Shown one piece after another: positions 1-12,118 of a DNA stretch of 64,000 nucleotides (positions are counted from its first letter, which is position 1; every line of letters starts with the position of its first letter). The notes under the pieces were generated by a model that ran no database searches, was not told the origin of the DNA, and worked only from the letters and a program-made list of their open reading frames with translations. The stretch spans positions 414,594,001 through 414,658,000 of the forward strand of contig NC_067400.1 in NCBI RefSeq assembly GCF_016432865.1, read 5' to 3'. A program made the translations under genes and the position numbers. Origin of the DNA: Antechinus flavipes. Lineage: Eukaryota.

Positions 1-1979
1 CACCGCATGCTTCCTTAGCTTCTTCCCTGGAAGTTATTCAGCGTTTGGTTTGAGGATAGACAGAGAGGTGGGGATTAGGGAAAGAGGAGGTGGGGAGAGA
101 ATCGGTTTGAATGAATACATTTGCTGAACAATAATAGTTCAGGATGGACGTAGTAAGAGGAGAAGGTCGTCACTAGTATGGGGATTTTTATGATTTGCTG
201 AGTAAGAGTAAAACTGAATAAGAGACCAAACTGCTTAAACCAGAAAGGTTCTGGGTTGATAAAGTGAGAAGTGGCTAAATAGCCCCAAAGAATCTCTGAG
301 AACTGAACCTCTAAGGGTGGCTATAAAACAATAAAACAGTCTTGGTGTGAAGGCAACAGGGTGTGAGGAGGCAAATGAGAATTTCAAGGATTCTGAGCAC
401 AGGAAGTCGAATGTCCCAGCTCACTTGCCACTGAGATTACTGGGCTTAGAACAGATTGGGAGCAAAAACTAGGCACAAGGAAATTAGAGGAGTAGGGATC
501 TCTGCTCAAAGGGCATAGCTCTGCTCAGGGAACTACCGAGTGATTCAGTAAGAAGGAAATTTCTATTCTCCTTGGAGACTCATGATGTATTTTTGATCTG
601 ATAGCTCATCCAAAGGAGAATATTGAATTCTCTGTTGTTTGGAGCATAAACTCACAGATCACTAGAAGGAGTTAGAAAGAAAAGAGAGAAAATTCCCTTT
701 CTCCTCTTCCATCCTACTTTAAAATAGGAGCAAGTTTGTGTTTCTATAAACTCTGTGTAAATCTGGGGTTACATTTAGCCCATATAAATATAAATGAGTT
801 GAAGCGTCCATTTTAAAATCAATCTCTATATAAATGATGGATGTTTTGTGTACACATTTATATGTGCGCACACACACATAATTCTAAAGCAAAGCAACTA
901 CTTCCATCAGCACTTCCTATCAAACTGAGGAAAGCTGCTCTGGAAAAAGATATTTCTTTGTAAAAGATATCTTTGTATCTAAAATTTCCTCCCATTTTAT
1001 ATGCAATTAAAAACCCTTTCCTGATTTGACTTCCATTAAATAGAAAGCATGGGACTTATTGGCCTGAAAAATTACTAACATTATCCTCTTTATTTCCTTA
1101 TTCTCATAGTTGCATTCTCCTTCTAGGCCCACTCCTTTTTATAACCGGAGTCAAAAGGTTCAGAAACTGGATCATCCTGTAAAATCGGTTCCTATATCTC
1201 CTAGTATTAGATTATGTAACTTTAGACCCCATTATTATTAAGTTGATGTACCATATTCAAAGTTTAGTGGAGGTCAGGATTTGGGGGAAAAATCAAATGT
1301 AAAGATTCCAACTAACCAAAGAAAGATACTCATTCCCCAAAGATGTAGCTTGTAACTGCAATTATAAACAGTTTTTAAAAACCCCATAGAATTAAAGAAC
1401 TGATAGTGTAGAATTTTATTAGGGCCTTCAATATGTATGGAGAGAGTGACAAAAAAAAAAAAAAACACTGTCTAATATGTCTAACATTATATATACATAT
1501 ATAAATTAAATGGGGAGAAGAAACATTTTCCATTTTTCTTGTAAATATCCAGAAAAAAAATGACTAGTGAAAAGGAAAAAACAAAGGCAGCACTATTCTC
1601 TCTATCCTAATAGAAAGTATATATGAGAAAGGGAAAACTTGCAACGCTCTGTGTGAAATGGTGTAGAACTGGGTCAGAAAGCATCATATGTACTGAAAGA
1701 TTTCCAAAGAATCACCGAATCACCCCTAGTACTGGACACTTCAGGGTAGAAGACACCATATTGAGGAGAGGAAGCTGAATGAAAAATCTACTAGGAAATA
1801 GTAATTTTCCTTTTGAAATGAGACTTGGCTCTAAGAATTTTCATTAGATAAGAGAACTATCACTTCTGGTTTCATTCAAATCAAACAATCCAACAACAAT
1901 GAGCTGTACTCTTCAGTAGGTTGGCCTGGTGCAGAAAATTCATGCTTGCTGTCAGTAGCATTGTATAGGGAAAAAAGTG

Positions 1980-2140
1980 GAGGATTTGGATCCAAAGGAA
2001 CCTCATTCAAATCTCACCTCTACTATTTATCAGTTGTATGGTATTGAATACATTGCCTCATCTCCCTAGGTTTCAATTTTTTCATTCATAGAAGTAAGGG
2101 CATTGGACTCTATGATGTTTATGTTCCAACTTCGAACATT
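1980..2140 (+). mobile_element. Degenerate MIR3/CORE-SINE relic
   Basis: Follows the MIR layout by eye: ggatttggatcc...cattcaaatct (B-box-like), ctaggtttcaattttttcattcatagaagtaaggg..ttggact. Boundaries approximate. Confidence 0.55.
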
Positions 2141-3619
2141 GTGCCTTTTCCTAAACTCAATATCTTGAATATACCACTCCCTTCCCCAACAAAGAAGAGC
2201 TAACAGATTACATAAACATAGAAGGGGGAGTTGAATTAGGAATGCTGTGTGCTAGGGCCAAGGAATCAGCATATTCTAAATTTAGTCTAATCAGAACCTT
2301 ATTTGCTCCCTAGTCCTTTTGACCCCACAAACTAAGAACTCAAGGACTTTGAAGCTATGTATAAAGGAGAGTCATCAGAAGTGATGTTGAGCTCCTAAGG
2401 AGACTCTGAAAAAAGGAAACAAGTATACATATGACTTTCATAGTTAAAAACACCTTTATAGGAAGATGTGATCTATATTTTGAAAAAAAAAGATAATGAC
2501 AAGTCATGGATTTTACTTGAATTATGGATCATATGGTGGTAGAAAAGTTGCCTGATCCAAAAAATGTTATAAATCCCAGGACTGAAAGAAATTCTACTCC
2601 AGATTTCTGGCAAATTTTGAGAATGTTCCTAAGCAATTCATATTTCCCTGAGAGGGGAAAAGTAGTTCGACTAATGATATGGAGTTTGAATTCAGCTATC
2701 TAGAGTTCTAAAACATTGCATCTTTTTTTAATTGTGAAGAAAGTAATAACATTGTATCTTTTAAGAAGAAAGACACCAAGAGAAAATGAAAATGTGAGAT
2801 GAGGCATTTTGACAGGATGGCATCATGAAGAGAATATTAGATGGCAAAGACAATAAACTGGCAAATACTCTTCAGTTAAAATAGAACTACAGTTAAGGAG
2901 AGTCCCCGACTTTAGCAGAATAATCCAGTTTACCATAAAGAAATAGAAGAAGTGAAAGAGTGTTGGAAAATGGACATACTAATTTTTATTGCAAGACAAG
3001 ATAGTGAAAGGAATTAGATTCTCAGAAGAAAATACCTGGAAAAATTCGAGGGGAAATGACTTTATGAAGAAACAAAAGAAAAGGCCAGAGTTGATGACTT
3101 CCATGAAACAAATTTACCTCTGAAGAGAGAGGATCATGTGAGATAGGGATAGGAGGAGAGCACTGTAAAGATAGTGGAAATAAAAGTTATAGTGCCTGAA
3201 ACTTGGGATTCAATGTGATCTCTTCCTGTATTCCACTGGCACCTGCTTCTGAATTAAAAGGAGATTCTAGAGAGAAGAGATAGAAGGTCACTTCAAATGT
3301 CATTTTTTTCTCTTCTAAATTATCTTTTCTCATCCTTTTACTCTTCACTCTTCATTCTTAAACTCCACTGGGAACTTTCCTCTTCAGATTTGAAGAATTT
3401 GAAAAGAGAACACTTGCCCAACAGTTTTTAGCACTACCAGAGAGGTTATCTCAATCCAGATTCTGTCTCGGAGGAAAGAAAGAGAAGACACATTGACAAG
3501 GTAGACTTGGGTTCAAATGCTGAGTTGGTGGTGAGTGTATGCCCTCCAGGGTCTAAAGCCTTAAACTCCTCTTTCTCACCAAGAACTACCACAAAAAAGA
3601 AGCCTGGATTGGGATTTTT

Positions 3620-3760
3620 TTCAATCAAACTAACATCAAATGTTTATTAATGTGCTAACTGTTGAGGGTTCAAATACAAAAAAAAAAAAATCAAGCAATT
3701 CCTTATTGCAAGAAACCCACAATCTAAAGGGAGAAACAACAAGTACATATATGTGAATAT
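3620..3760 (-). mobile_element. L2 LINE 3'-end relic
   Basis: aaatgtttattaatgtgct...caagaaacccacaatctaaagggaga resembles the reverse complement of the L2 3' tail. Recognised by eye. Confidence 0.5.
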
Positions 3761-4429
3761 ATAGAGTAACTACTAAGAGAATAAATACAAATTTAGAAAA
3801 AGTAGCTAAATACAAATTCATTGTAGATCTGGGATTTTTAATATGAGTAGTTAAAGCATTAACCCAAAATGTGTACAATGTGTCATCAGTGTCTTAGACT
3901 AAATAATCTTCAAGTTCCTTCTAGCTCTTTCTTATCTTAACTCTTTTTTTGGGGGGGGGCACATGGTTTGCTTCAATTTTCAGAGACTTTCAAGCCTTTC
4001 AGACTGGTGAAAGAGCTGGTATCATTTACATCCCACTGATGTCAGACTTCTATAACCATAGAAGGCTTCAATTCCTCAGGACTCCACAAGCTCTGTGGGT
4101 CCCTAGGATATGGACAATAGACTGAGAGAATCTGAAGCTAAAAAGGAGGAATGGAGGGGTAGGATCTGTTGCTTCTTCCCTTCATTAGGCCTAAAAGACA
4201 GAGATACCAGAACCTGCTTGCTGAGCAGGAAGAAAATGTAATCTCAAAGGGAAAGGTAGAAGTAAGAAAGAGTTAAAATGGAAACATCATAGTGAGTGGT
4301 GAATCCTTCTGAAAAATTTTACTTGGGGATGGGGCATAAGGAGACACAGAAATGGAGAAAAATTACTCTTGTTTTTTAAAAAAGTTTTCTTTAAAAAAAT
4401 ACTCCCAGTAAAAATATCCTTTTTTTTCT

Positions 4430-4850
4430 TTAATATTTCTCATTTCCTATTGTCTCCCCATCTCTTTCAAGCAAAACAAATTGGCAATATTCCTATCTGA
4501 AAATGTGTATCTCATTCTGCACCTCTAGCCCTCTACCTCTCTGCCCAGAAATAGGGGCTACTCTGTCTTCTAAAATCATCATTAGTCACTGCATTAACCA
4601 GAGTACTGATCTTTTTCCAAATAGTTTTCCTTTATATCTTTATATTATTGTGGTCATCATGTTCTCCTGCTTACTTTGTTCTGAATCAGTTCTAACAAAT
4701 CTTCCTAAATTTCTCTAAATCCTTCATATTTATACAGTGCAATAATATTCCACTATATTGATATAACACAATTTGTTCAGTCTTTACCCAATTGATGGGC
4801 CCCCACTTTGTTTCCAGTATTTTGCTACTTTTATAAAAATGATACAATAA
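4430..4850 (-). mobile_element. Old L1-type LINE 3' region fragment (marsupial-like)
   Basis: tctcattctgcac... and aatttgttcagtctttacccaattgatgggc...tttccagtattttgctac resemble the antisense L1 3' region seen in marsupial genomes. Recognised by eye. Confidence 0.5.
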
Positions 4851-4879
4851 AGGTTGAGGAAATTTATGATTCAGAAACC

Positions 4880-4965
4880 TGGGTTTTCTCATCTGCAAAA
4901 TAAGTAGCTTGGATTAAATAAACTTTAGAGTCCCCTCTACTCTAATACTCTATACATCTATAGTT
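4880..4965 (+). mobile_element. MIR3-like SINE 3' fragment
   Basis: ttttctcatctgcaaaat...ttggatta...tagagtcccctctactctaa resembles the MIR3 core and tail. Confidence 0.5.
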
Positions 4966-5147
4966 CTATGAAACAAACTTTAGAGAAAAACCAACTTCTC
5001 TGGAAAATTTAGAACAAGATTAATTCTATCTTTTTTTGATAGTGCTATAAATTATATCATCAGAGAGATATGTGGTGGGTGGAGGATTCCTTGTGGTGGT
5101 GATAACAAGAGAGTAAGAGATTACCTATGAAAGAGGAGAGGAAAGGA

Positions 5148-5395
5148 ATTTATTAAGCATCTACTACATGTCAAGTCCAGTACTAAGCTCACATTTTATC
5201 TTTACAACAACCTTGTGAGATAGATAGTATTATTGGCCCCACTTTACAGCAGAGGAAACTGAAGCAGACAGCACTTAAGTGAAGTCACTTCAGAATCATA
5301 GAGCTAGGAAGTATCTGAAGCTGGATTTGAACTCAGGTCTTCCTGAGTCCAGGCCCTATCTCGGGCATTCTATCCACTGTGCTACTTCGCTGCCC
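5148..5395 (-). mobile_element. CORE-SINE (MIR/Mar1-like), near full length
   Basis: tttattaagcatctact...acaaccttgtgag...actttacagcagaggaaactgaagc...ggatttgaactcaggtcttcctga (reverse B box)...ctatccactg. Confidence 0.75.
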
Positions 5396-5669
5396 TAATA
5401 GATAGCTTATGTCCTCCACTGGTCATCATTCAATAGTAGGACATGTAGAGGAAGGTGCCTTGCAGGTTGAGGGATTCTCTTATAGAGTATTACAAGAGGT
5501 AGTGGACAAGACTCAAACTGAGAAGCATTGGAATAGATATATTGTGATTCTATATTACTAAAAAGAATATCAACATTGGTGAGATGCACCACTATATCAA
5601 AGAATTTGTTTCTTGTTGAGAGGAAGTCTAAAGACAAAGTGGTAATAGAATGTAAAGGAAAAGTCTCTA

Positions 5670-5822
5670 ACTTGGTATTGAGTTCTGCTGCTCAATTTTA
5701 GTCATTAAGTAGATGTGTGAACTTGAGCAAATGCCTTCACTTTTATAAGCCTCAGTTTTCTTACTGGTAATGAGTCTGGATTATATGGTTCCTGAGATCT
5801 CTTCCAGCTCTAATACTTTCTA
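5670..5822 (+). mobile_element. MIR3-like SINE relic
   Basis: gtgtgaacttgagcaaat...agcctcagttttc...ctggattatatggttcctgagatctcttccagctctaa. Confidence 0.65.
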
Positions 5823-6099
5823 ATTCTCTGACCTACAGAGATCCAGGCTATACCAGGCAGGAGAGGAATAGGGAAAGAAAGGGAGAATGGCATCAGAGCA
5901 GGTTAAAAAAAATATAAGCATAAACATGTTTCTTAGGCTTTAGTCAAATACTAAGGACACACACTCATAGTACATAGGGGTAATGGATTTGCTGTTTTGC
6001 CCCAACTCTGTTGAATCCAGGATTTTCCCTGGAACATTGAATAGAATAGCTCAAATCAATTCAAGAGCTTTTCACTTATTTGTCAAGCACTACTCTAGG

Positions 6100-6222
6100 T
6101 TCTTATAGAACTGAAAGGAACCTTAGAGATTTTCAAATGTAACTTATTTTATAAAAAAAAAAAAAAAGAAAATCAGGTTCAGAGGGGTGGACCTTGATGA
6201 TTTCTGAATTCCATTCCAACTA
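6100..6222 (-). mobile_element. MIR3-like SINE relic
   Basis: agaactgaaaggaaccttagagatt...ttattttat...gaaaatcaggttcagag resembles reverse-strand MIR3. Confidence 0.5.
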
Positions 6223-6807
6223 TGATGCTGTGGCAAAGCTCTGAGGAAACTCTGGTTTGAGGAGACTGGGAGAAGTTAACAAATCTATCAGGCCTAAGTA
6301 TCATGGATATACACTGTCCTAAAGTAGAGATAGGATGGAAGTTGTGAAGAAAGAGGACTATATGGTGGGAAATGATAGACTTCGATTAATTTCTTTGCAT
6401 GCAATTTAGAAGTATCTGTGCCATAGGCTACCAATGTAGAGTATATAAGAAAACTTATTTAGGAACCCGAAACCCAAGGGAATCTTGGTGAAGGACTGGG
6501 CATAGCTTTTAAGATGAGTAGGGGAATTTCCTGGGGAATTTCAGAAACCATGTTAGGTTTGGTTTTAATTTTGTCCCTTTTTTGTGCTTAGTCAAGAAGT
6601 CACAAGCCTAGGAAATTACTAACAAATGGCACAGGGTAAGAAAAAATACAGACCTATTTGTTTGGGGATTTTGTTTCCTTTAAGTTTGTAAACTGTCCTC
6701 ACGCCCTCCCCGCCCGCCCCTCCCTTTTCAGTTTTGGTGTGTTGATGTTAAAGGCAAGTGGAAATAACTGGCTGGTTTGAGGGCATTGGGGCTTGCCGCA
6801 GGAAAGC

Positions 6808-6821
6808 ACGCCCCCTGTAGG
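6808..6821 (-). promoter_or_regulatory. Candidate CTCF site between HOXD8 and HOXD4
   Basis: Minus strand CCTACAGGGGGCGT vs CTCF core CCASYAGRKGGCRS. Confidence 0.6.
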
Positions 6822-8102
6822 AGGGCGAAGGCAAGGTAAAGATAGATCCCTAGAAATTGCTTCTCGGAGCACAAAATTTTTCGTTACTCTAATGTAAATT
6901 TTCTCTACCTCTTTCGGGAAAAGGAGGAACCCATAAGATGAAGATATCTGTATGCATGCAAACCCTTCGGTTTGCCCAAATCAAACAGAAGAGATTAAGC
7001 GTGTGGGCCCAGCAGGTCAGTGACTCTGAGCACCCTCCTTCGGATCCCGCCAGCAGGCAGTTGGGCAGAGTCCGGATACTTCCGTGCACTTGCAGCAGCT
7101 TCTGTACCGCTCCAGGGAGAGAACAGGAGGGTGAGTCACGTGCCCCTCCCACCACCCACTCGACCGCGCCGCCCCCAACTCCTACTCAGGGCATTTGGTG
7201 CAGAGCTGGAACTCGCGTGAGACTTGTCCTACAGCGCCTTCTCCTGGACAAGAGGCCAGACAGCAAAAAAAAAAAAAAAAAAAAAAAAGGCAACCCTTAT
7301 TCAGAAACCATCAAAGGCCTATGCCTTTTTCTAATTGGAAGAATGCAGCTACATTGAACTGAAGATACTATTCTCTTGTCGGGAAAAGCTCCTGGTGAAT
7401 CAAATCCCTTTATTCTTTCACAGTATTCCCAACAATTCCCCATTTTTGTCTTGACCACAGCAACCAGTTTCCAAAGACACTGGGACCATAGCAAACACCT
7501 TCAGGAAAATATCTGCAGTTTGTTTATTCGTTCTATCGATCTCAACGAGCTGTATCCTTGCCTCCTAAAGCACTGCAATTCGCTACACAGCGAAAGTAAG
7601 GGTCGAGAAGATCAGAGCTTCTGAGATTGGTTTTAGGTGAACTTGGGTCAAGAACAAACCCATTTTTCCCAAACTAGATGAAGCAGACATAACAAGCCCA
7701 TAAATTTTTGAAGGGTCCCATATATATAGTTTTTAAACACCTGATAAGAAGATTGTGTTTCCTTTGGCACCAAGCCTGTTCTGGGTTTGTTGTTGTTGTT
7801 GTTGTGTTTGTTTGTATGTTTGTTTTGTTTTGTTTTTTAATTTAGGTTTGCAGTGAATAGACTAGGAAAAGGGATATTAAAATGATTGAAAGTAACATGA
7901 CTAAGTCATGAGAAAACCAGTGGGAAAGAGATTTTTTTTCTATAAATGGAAGTCTGGAGTTAAGGAAAGATGAATTGTAAATACTCTCCAATAAATAGAG
8001 GGAAAAGATTAAGTTTAATTTTCTTCCTGTCTCTTTTCTATGTCTTTCCCCTCCCCCTCTTTCCCCTACCCCGAACCGGGCTTGGCTGGCTGATTATTTC
8101 AC

Positions 8103-8113
8103 TGCGCATGCGC
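8103..8113. promoter_or_regulatory. NRF1-type motif TGCGCATGCGC
   Basis: Exact match to the palindromic NRF1 core in a small CpG-containing patch. Confidence 0.45.
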
Positions 8114-10679
8114 TTACAGCTTTGTGCCCTAGTCGTGGACCTGGTTTTGGTGCAAAGTTCTGCGCCTACACTGTACTACAATGGTAAATGGGGCAAAAAA
8201 AAATCATATAGGCTTGATGTCATTCATTACAATTGAAACTGAAATTAGCCCAAGAAAGCCAGGAAAGAGCCTTTCCTTCCACTACCCACCGAAAAAGAAA
8301 GAAAAAAAATTTAAATAATCATAAACCCAGTCCTTCCCGATTTACATTTCCCTGTAAGGAGAGTCGCAGTCTAACTCTAGCCTCCCATTTATAGAGAAGA
8401 TCTAAAGTCTAACACGCAGCTTCCTTGGAGCCTTTTTTTTTTTTTTTTTTTTTAAATTAAGGCCACATACTCCTACTGAGGTGAATTTTTCTCCTCTGGA
8501 TTCCTCCATTCTTTACCAAACATAAATGACCATTGCTGAGAAGGACTTTCCACTGGAAAGAGAATTACATGTTTTAAGTTGGATATAAATTGGTATTGGG
8601 ACCATTATGATGTTTTGCGTTTCCTTTAACTTCCTGTCCTCCTCCCCTCCCGCCCCCTTCAAACTCTGCCTTCCCTGCCGCACTGCAGCAGAGCTGTAAA
8701 TACCTTTAACAGCTGCCTGCCAACCAAGGAGTGAAATACTGTCTTTGTTCAGATTTTCCCTGCTTCTAAGACTCAGAAAGCAGAACTCATGCGAAATATG
8801 CTTATTTGGAAGGAATTTTGGCAAAGAAATAAGCTGAATTTTGTATCCTGTGACTTAGACACGTTTATTTTCTATTTCTCTTTTTTAAAATCCCTTTTCC
8901 ATTGTGTTGACAACGTTAGTGACACCCCCACCATCCCTTGACACTACAGAGCACTAGAACACAAATTCATAGGCTATATATAGACAGAGATTTTGGCCAA
9001 GCACGAAGGGAGTTTTTTACAAAAGCAGGCAATTGCTTTCAGCTTCCAGGCATTTTTGGTTTCGTTTCATTTCAACATTCATTAATAGTGGCTCTTTTGG
9101 CTGCAGCATAGGTATTAAATGTGTTTCTGATTGACTTAAGAGCTTCCATCCAACACGTTTTAGGAATTATTCATTTCCCTAAATGCAATTGGTCACTTAC
9201 TTTTACTAAGCACTTGAAAATATATTGTGGCATTTGGAATTATCTCTAGGTCCACCATGTCTGAATCCATGACATCATCCTCAGCTGCGTGAAACCGTAT
9301 GCCTCCATCACTGATTCCTCTTTGGATGCACATCTATTGAGTTCAGTGATATTGTATAACGGAAACTAATACAATAGCTTTAATACTTAAGACATATCTA
9401 TGAAATATTTCTTTATAGTTGCAACTTATCTTTCTGGTCGTCTTATAACTTATTAAAGATGGAAGAGTGGAAATGGGGGAGGGGCAGAATGTGAAATGAC
9501 ATAGTTCAGTGGCTTCTTTATAACTAAAGGATTATATTACAAAAATTAAAGAATAATATCAGTGTTTGAATGTTTCTCAGAATAAGAACTGCTTATAAAA
9601 TAGGTCAAAAGACTCATTATTTCCGGAGGTTACTGAACGATGACAGTCATTTCTCTTCAGCCACCTCACTAACAAATTGTAAACCTCCATTTTGAAATCA
9701 AAGCGATTTTGGTGTTAATTGCTAAAGAAAAAAAAATCTAAAAAGATGCTAATTCTTCCAAGGTTTAAAGGGAAATGTCAATGCAGATATTTAGGGAAAG
9801 AATAGTATTAGGAAAAAAGCATAGTATGTAGGCTAGATGAAAAAGTCAACTTTGAAAAATCCTTTACGCAATGCAGGGTGTATTTTCCATAATTTCGAAT
9901 CCTTTATATTCGTTGTATTATTACAAGTTTACCACATAAATTTATGACTATTGGATCCGAAAATCTTTTTTAAAACTATGTCATTCCTTTCGGTAGTAAA
10001 GATTTGGGAACTAACTGGAGTAAGATGAGTAGGGAAGGCTGCAATATTTTGTTTAATGTTCAAGAACTCCAAAACAGGTTGAGTCTTTTTAATCTTATAA
10101 ATGGTGGCTGCTCTTAAACTAAATTGACAATATATACAGAAAGCAAAAATTCCACTACACATTGAAAAACAAGAGTTGTTTAATCATAAAACTATTTAGC
10201 ATTTAAAAAATCTATTGACCCTAGCAATTCCCAAATCATATTTTCGTTATTAGAAGAGAATGAACTTTTGTAGGCTGAGTTTATAGAATAACTATTTTCC
10301 ACTTACTTCTTCTAAGCACTTGGAAATATACTGCATTACAAAATATCCGTGGAAAACCTTTGAGGATTAGTAGGAAATAGGGAGACAAATATTATTTTCG
10401 GCCCATTTGAAAGCCACTGTGCAAATACATGCAAAATTTTTGAAGTCCAATTCATTAAAATTTAGCTTCCAAAACGTTACAGTGACATTCATTCTTGCAA
10501 ATTTTTAATGACACCCCCACACCTACCAATTTAACCTTTAATCTGAGCAGAAAACACCTGTTAACCTTTCTGGTTTGAGACTGACTTCTCAGAATCACGG
10601 ACAAATCACAAAACTTCGTACAATCATTCAATACGTCGAAAGGCCTTTATTACACCCAAAACCAAGCTTTAGACTTACA

Positions 10680-11638
10680 GGAAAATCTCCGCACCCCGTC
10701 TTCCAACGCGCGCCAGCGAGGGGTGGGGGTGTCCATTCTGCCGCACCTCCACTCTCAACATGCGCAGCGCCCAAGGCCATTCTGACACCCTGGACTATTG
10801 CTCTACAGGCCAGGCTCAGCGCCCTCCTCTGCCTACTTTATCCAAAGAAAGGAAGTAACCTCTGGGACAGGTGGTGGAGATTAGGGTCTTTTTGGTCTGG
10901 GGTAGAGGGGGCGGGGAGCTGTCAATTAGGTTTCGGAAACTCTATGTCTGGGAGCTAAAGACAGACCCTCAGGCAGGCAGATCCAACCCAACAAGTCACT
11001 TTTATGACTTTTTCTCAAGTCATTCTCCAGCAGCTCCCTGGCGGGGAAGCACCGCAGTGGGGCTCCAGGGTTAAGGGGGTGGCGGTCAGAGAGTGGGGGA
11101 GGGGACGAAATAAAAATTGAAAAGAAAGAATAAAAACAACTCTTACCCGATATTTGGAGAGGAGGAGGTGGAGAAACACCCCGGCTGCTGCTGTAATCCA
11201 TTAGGCATTGGGATGAATATAATCCCATCACCAGAAACCAAATAATATCTTAAAAAAAATTTTTTTTAAAAAGGATAAAAGGAGGAAAGTAAAAATAATC
11301 GAGGAGCAAACAGGTAGAGTCTGGAGTGGACTAAAAACCCTGGACTGCGGTGCAAGCTCGCTATAGGCGCCTGGCAGGCTGGTTAGCTGCTAGTCACCGG
11401 GTGGCGAGATGCTCAGCAATAGATTCTTCTAAGAGCTTGGAGTCAGAGAGAGGCAGCCAGAAGCTGGGAGCGGGAGGGATTTTTAATGGTGCTAGCCGTC
11501 CCGAAATCAGCACACACGCATCCCAGCGACTAGAATACACCTCTGCGGAGACAAAGGTTAGAAAAAAAAGAGGGGGTGAGGCTCTCGGAAGGCAGAATGC
11601 AGGGGGAAATTCGCCAGGGAAATCAGGAAAAAGGCCAT
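10680..11638. promoter_or_regulatory. CpG-enriched intergenic island, possible non-coding promoter
   Basis: Visible GC/CpG enrichment against AT-rich flanks; truncated by the gap at 11639. Confidence 0.45.
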
Positions 11639-12118
11639 NNNNNNNNNNNNNNNNNNNNNNNNNNNNNNNNNNNNNNNNNNNNNNNNNNNNNNNNNNNNNN
11701 NNNNNNNNNNNNNNNNNNNNNNNNNNNNNNNNNNNNNNNNNNNNNNNNNNNNNNNNNNNNNNNNNNNNNNNNNNNNNNNNNNNNNNNNNNNNNNNNNNNN
11801 NNNNNNNNNNNNNNNNNNNNNNNNNNNNNNNNNNNNNNNNNNNNNNNNNNNNNNNNNNNNNNNNNNNNNNNNNNNNNNNNNNNNNNNNNNNNNNNNNNNN
11901 NNNNNNNNNNNNNNNNNNNNNNNNNNNNNNNNNNNNNNNNNNNNNNNNNNNNNNNNNNNNNNNNNNNNNNNNNNNNNNNNNNNNNNNNNNNNNNNNNNNN
12001 NNNNNNNNNNNNNNNNNNNNNNNNNNNNNNNNNNNNNNNNNNNNNNNNNNNNNNNNNNNNNNNNNNNNNNNNNNNNNNNNNNNNNNNNNNNNNNNNNNNN
12101 NNNNNNNNNNNNNNNNNN
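11639..12118. other. Assembly gap (480 N). Other gaps: 12916-13056, 17847-18050, 20335-20533, 25681-25855, 27268-27415, 29022-29206, 32948-33160, 34222-34417, 44944-45094, 63169-63432
   Basis: Runs of N, mostly flanked by GC-rich or low-complexity sequence. Confidence 0.99.

Noticed and set aside
2400-3300. Purine-rich stretch that might be a decayed LINE ORF
   Set aside because: No diagnostic motif recognised; needs RepeatMasker
6889-7357. 139-aa ORF and overlapping ORFs in the GC patch
   Set aside because: No domain; the Lys run comes from a poly(A) tract
8960-8968. CACAAATTC resembling the reverse complement of the miR-10b 3' end
   Set aside because: Only 9 nt match, no continuation, no hairpin; miR-10b should lie beyond the window start
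9684-9700. Minus strand TGA TTT CAA AAT GGA GG resembling WFQNRR (possible Hoxd5-7 relic)
   Set aside because: Flanks show no homeobox similarity in any frame; consistent with chance
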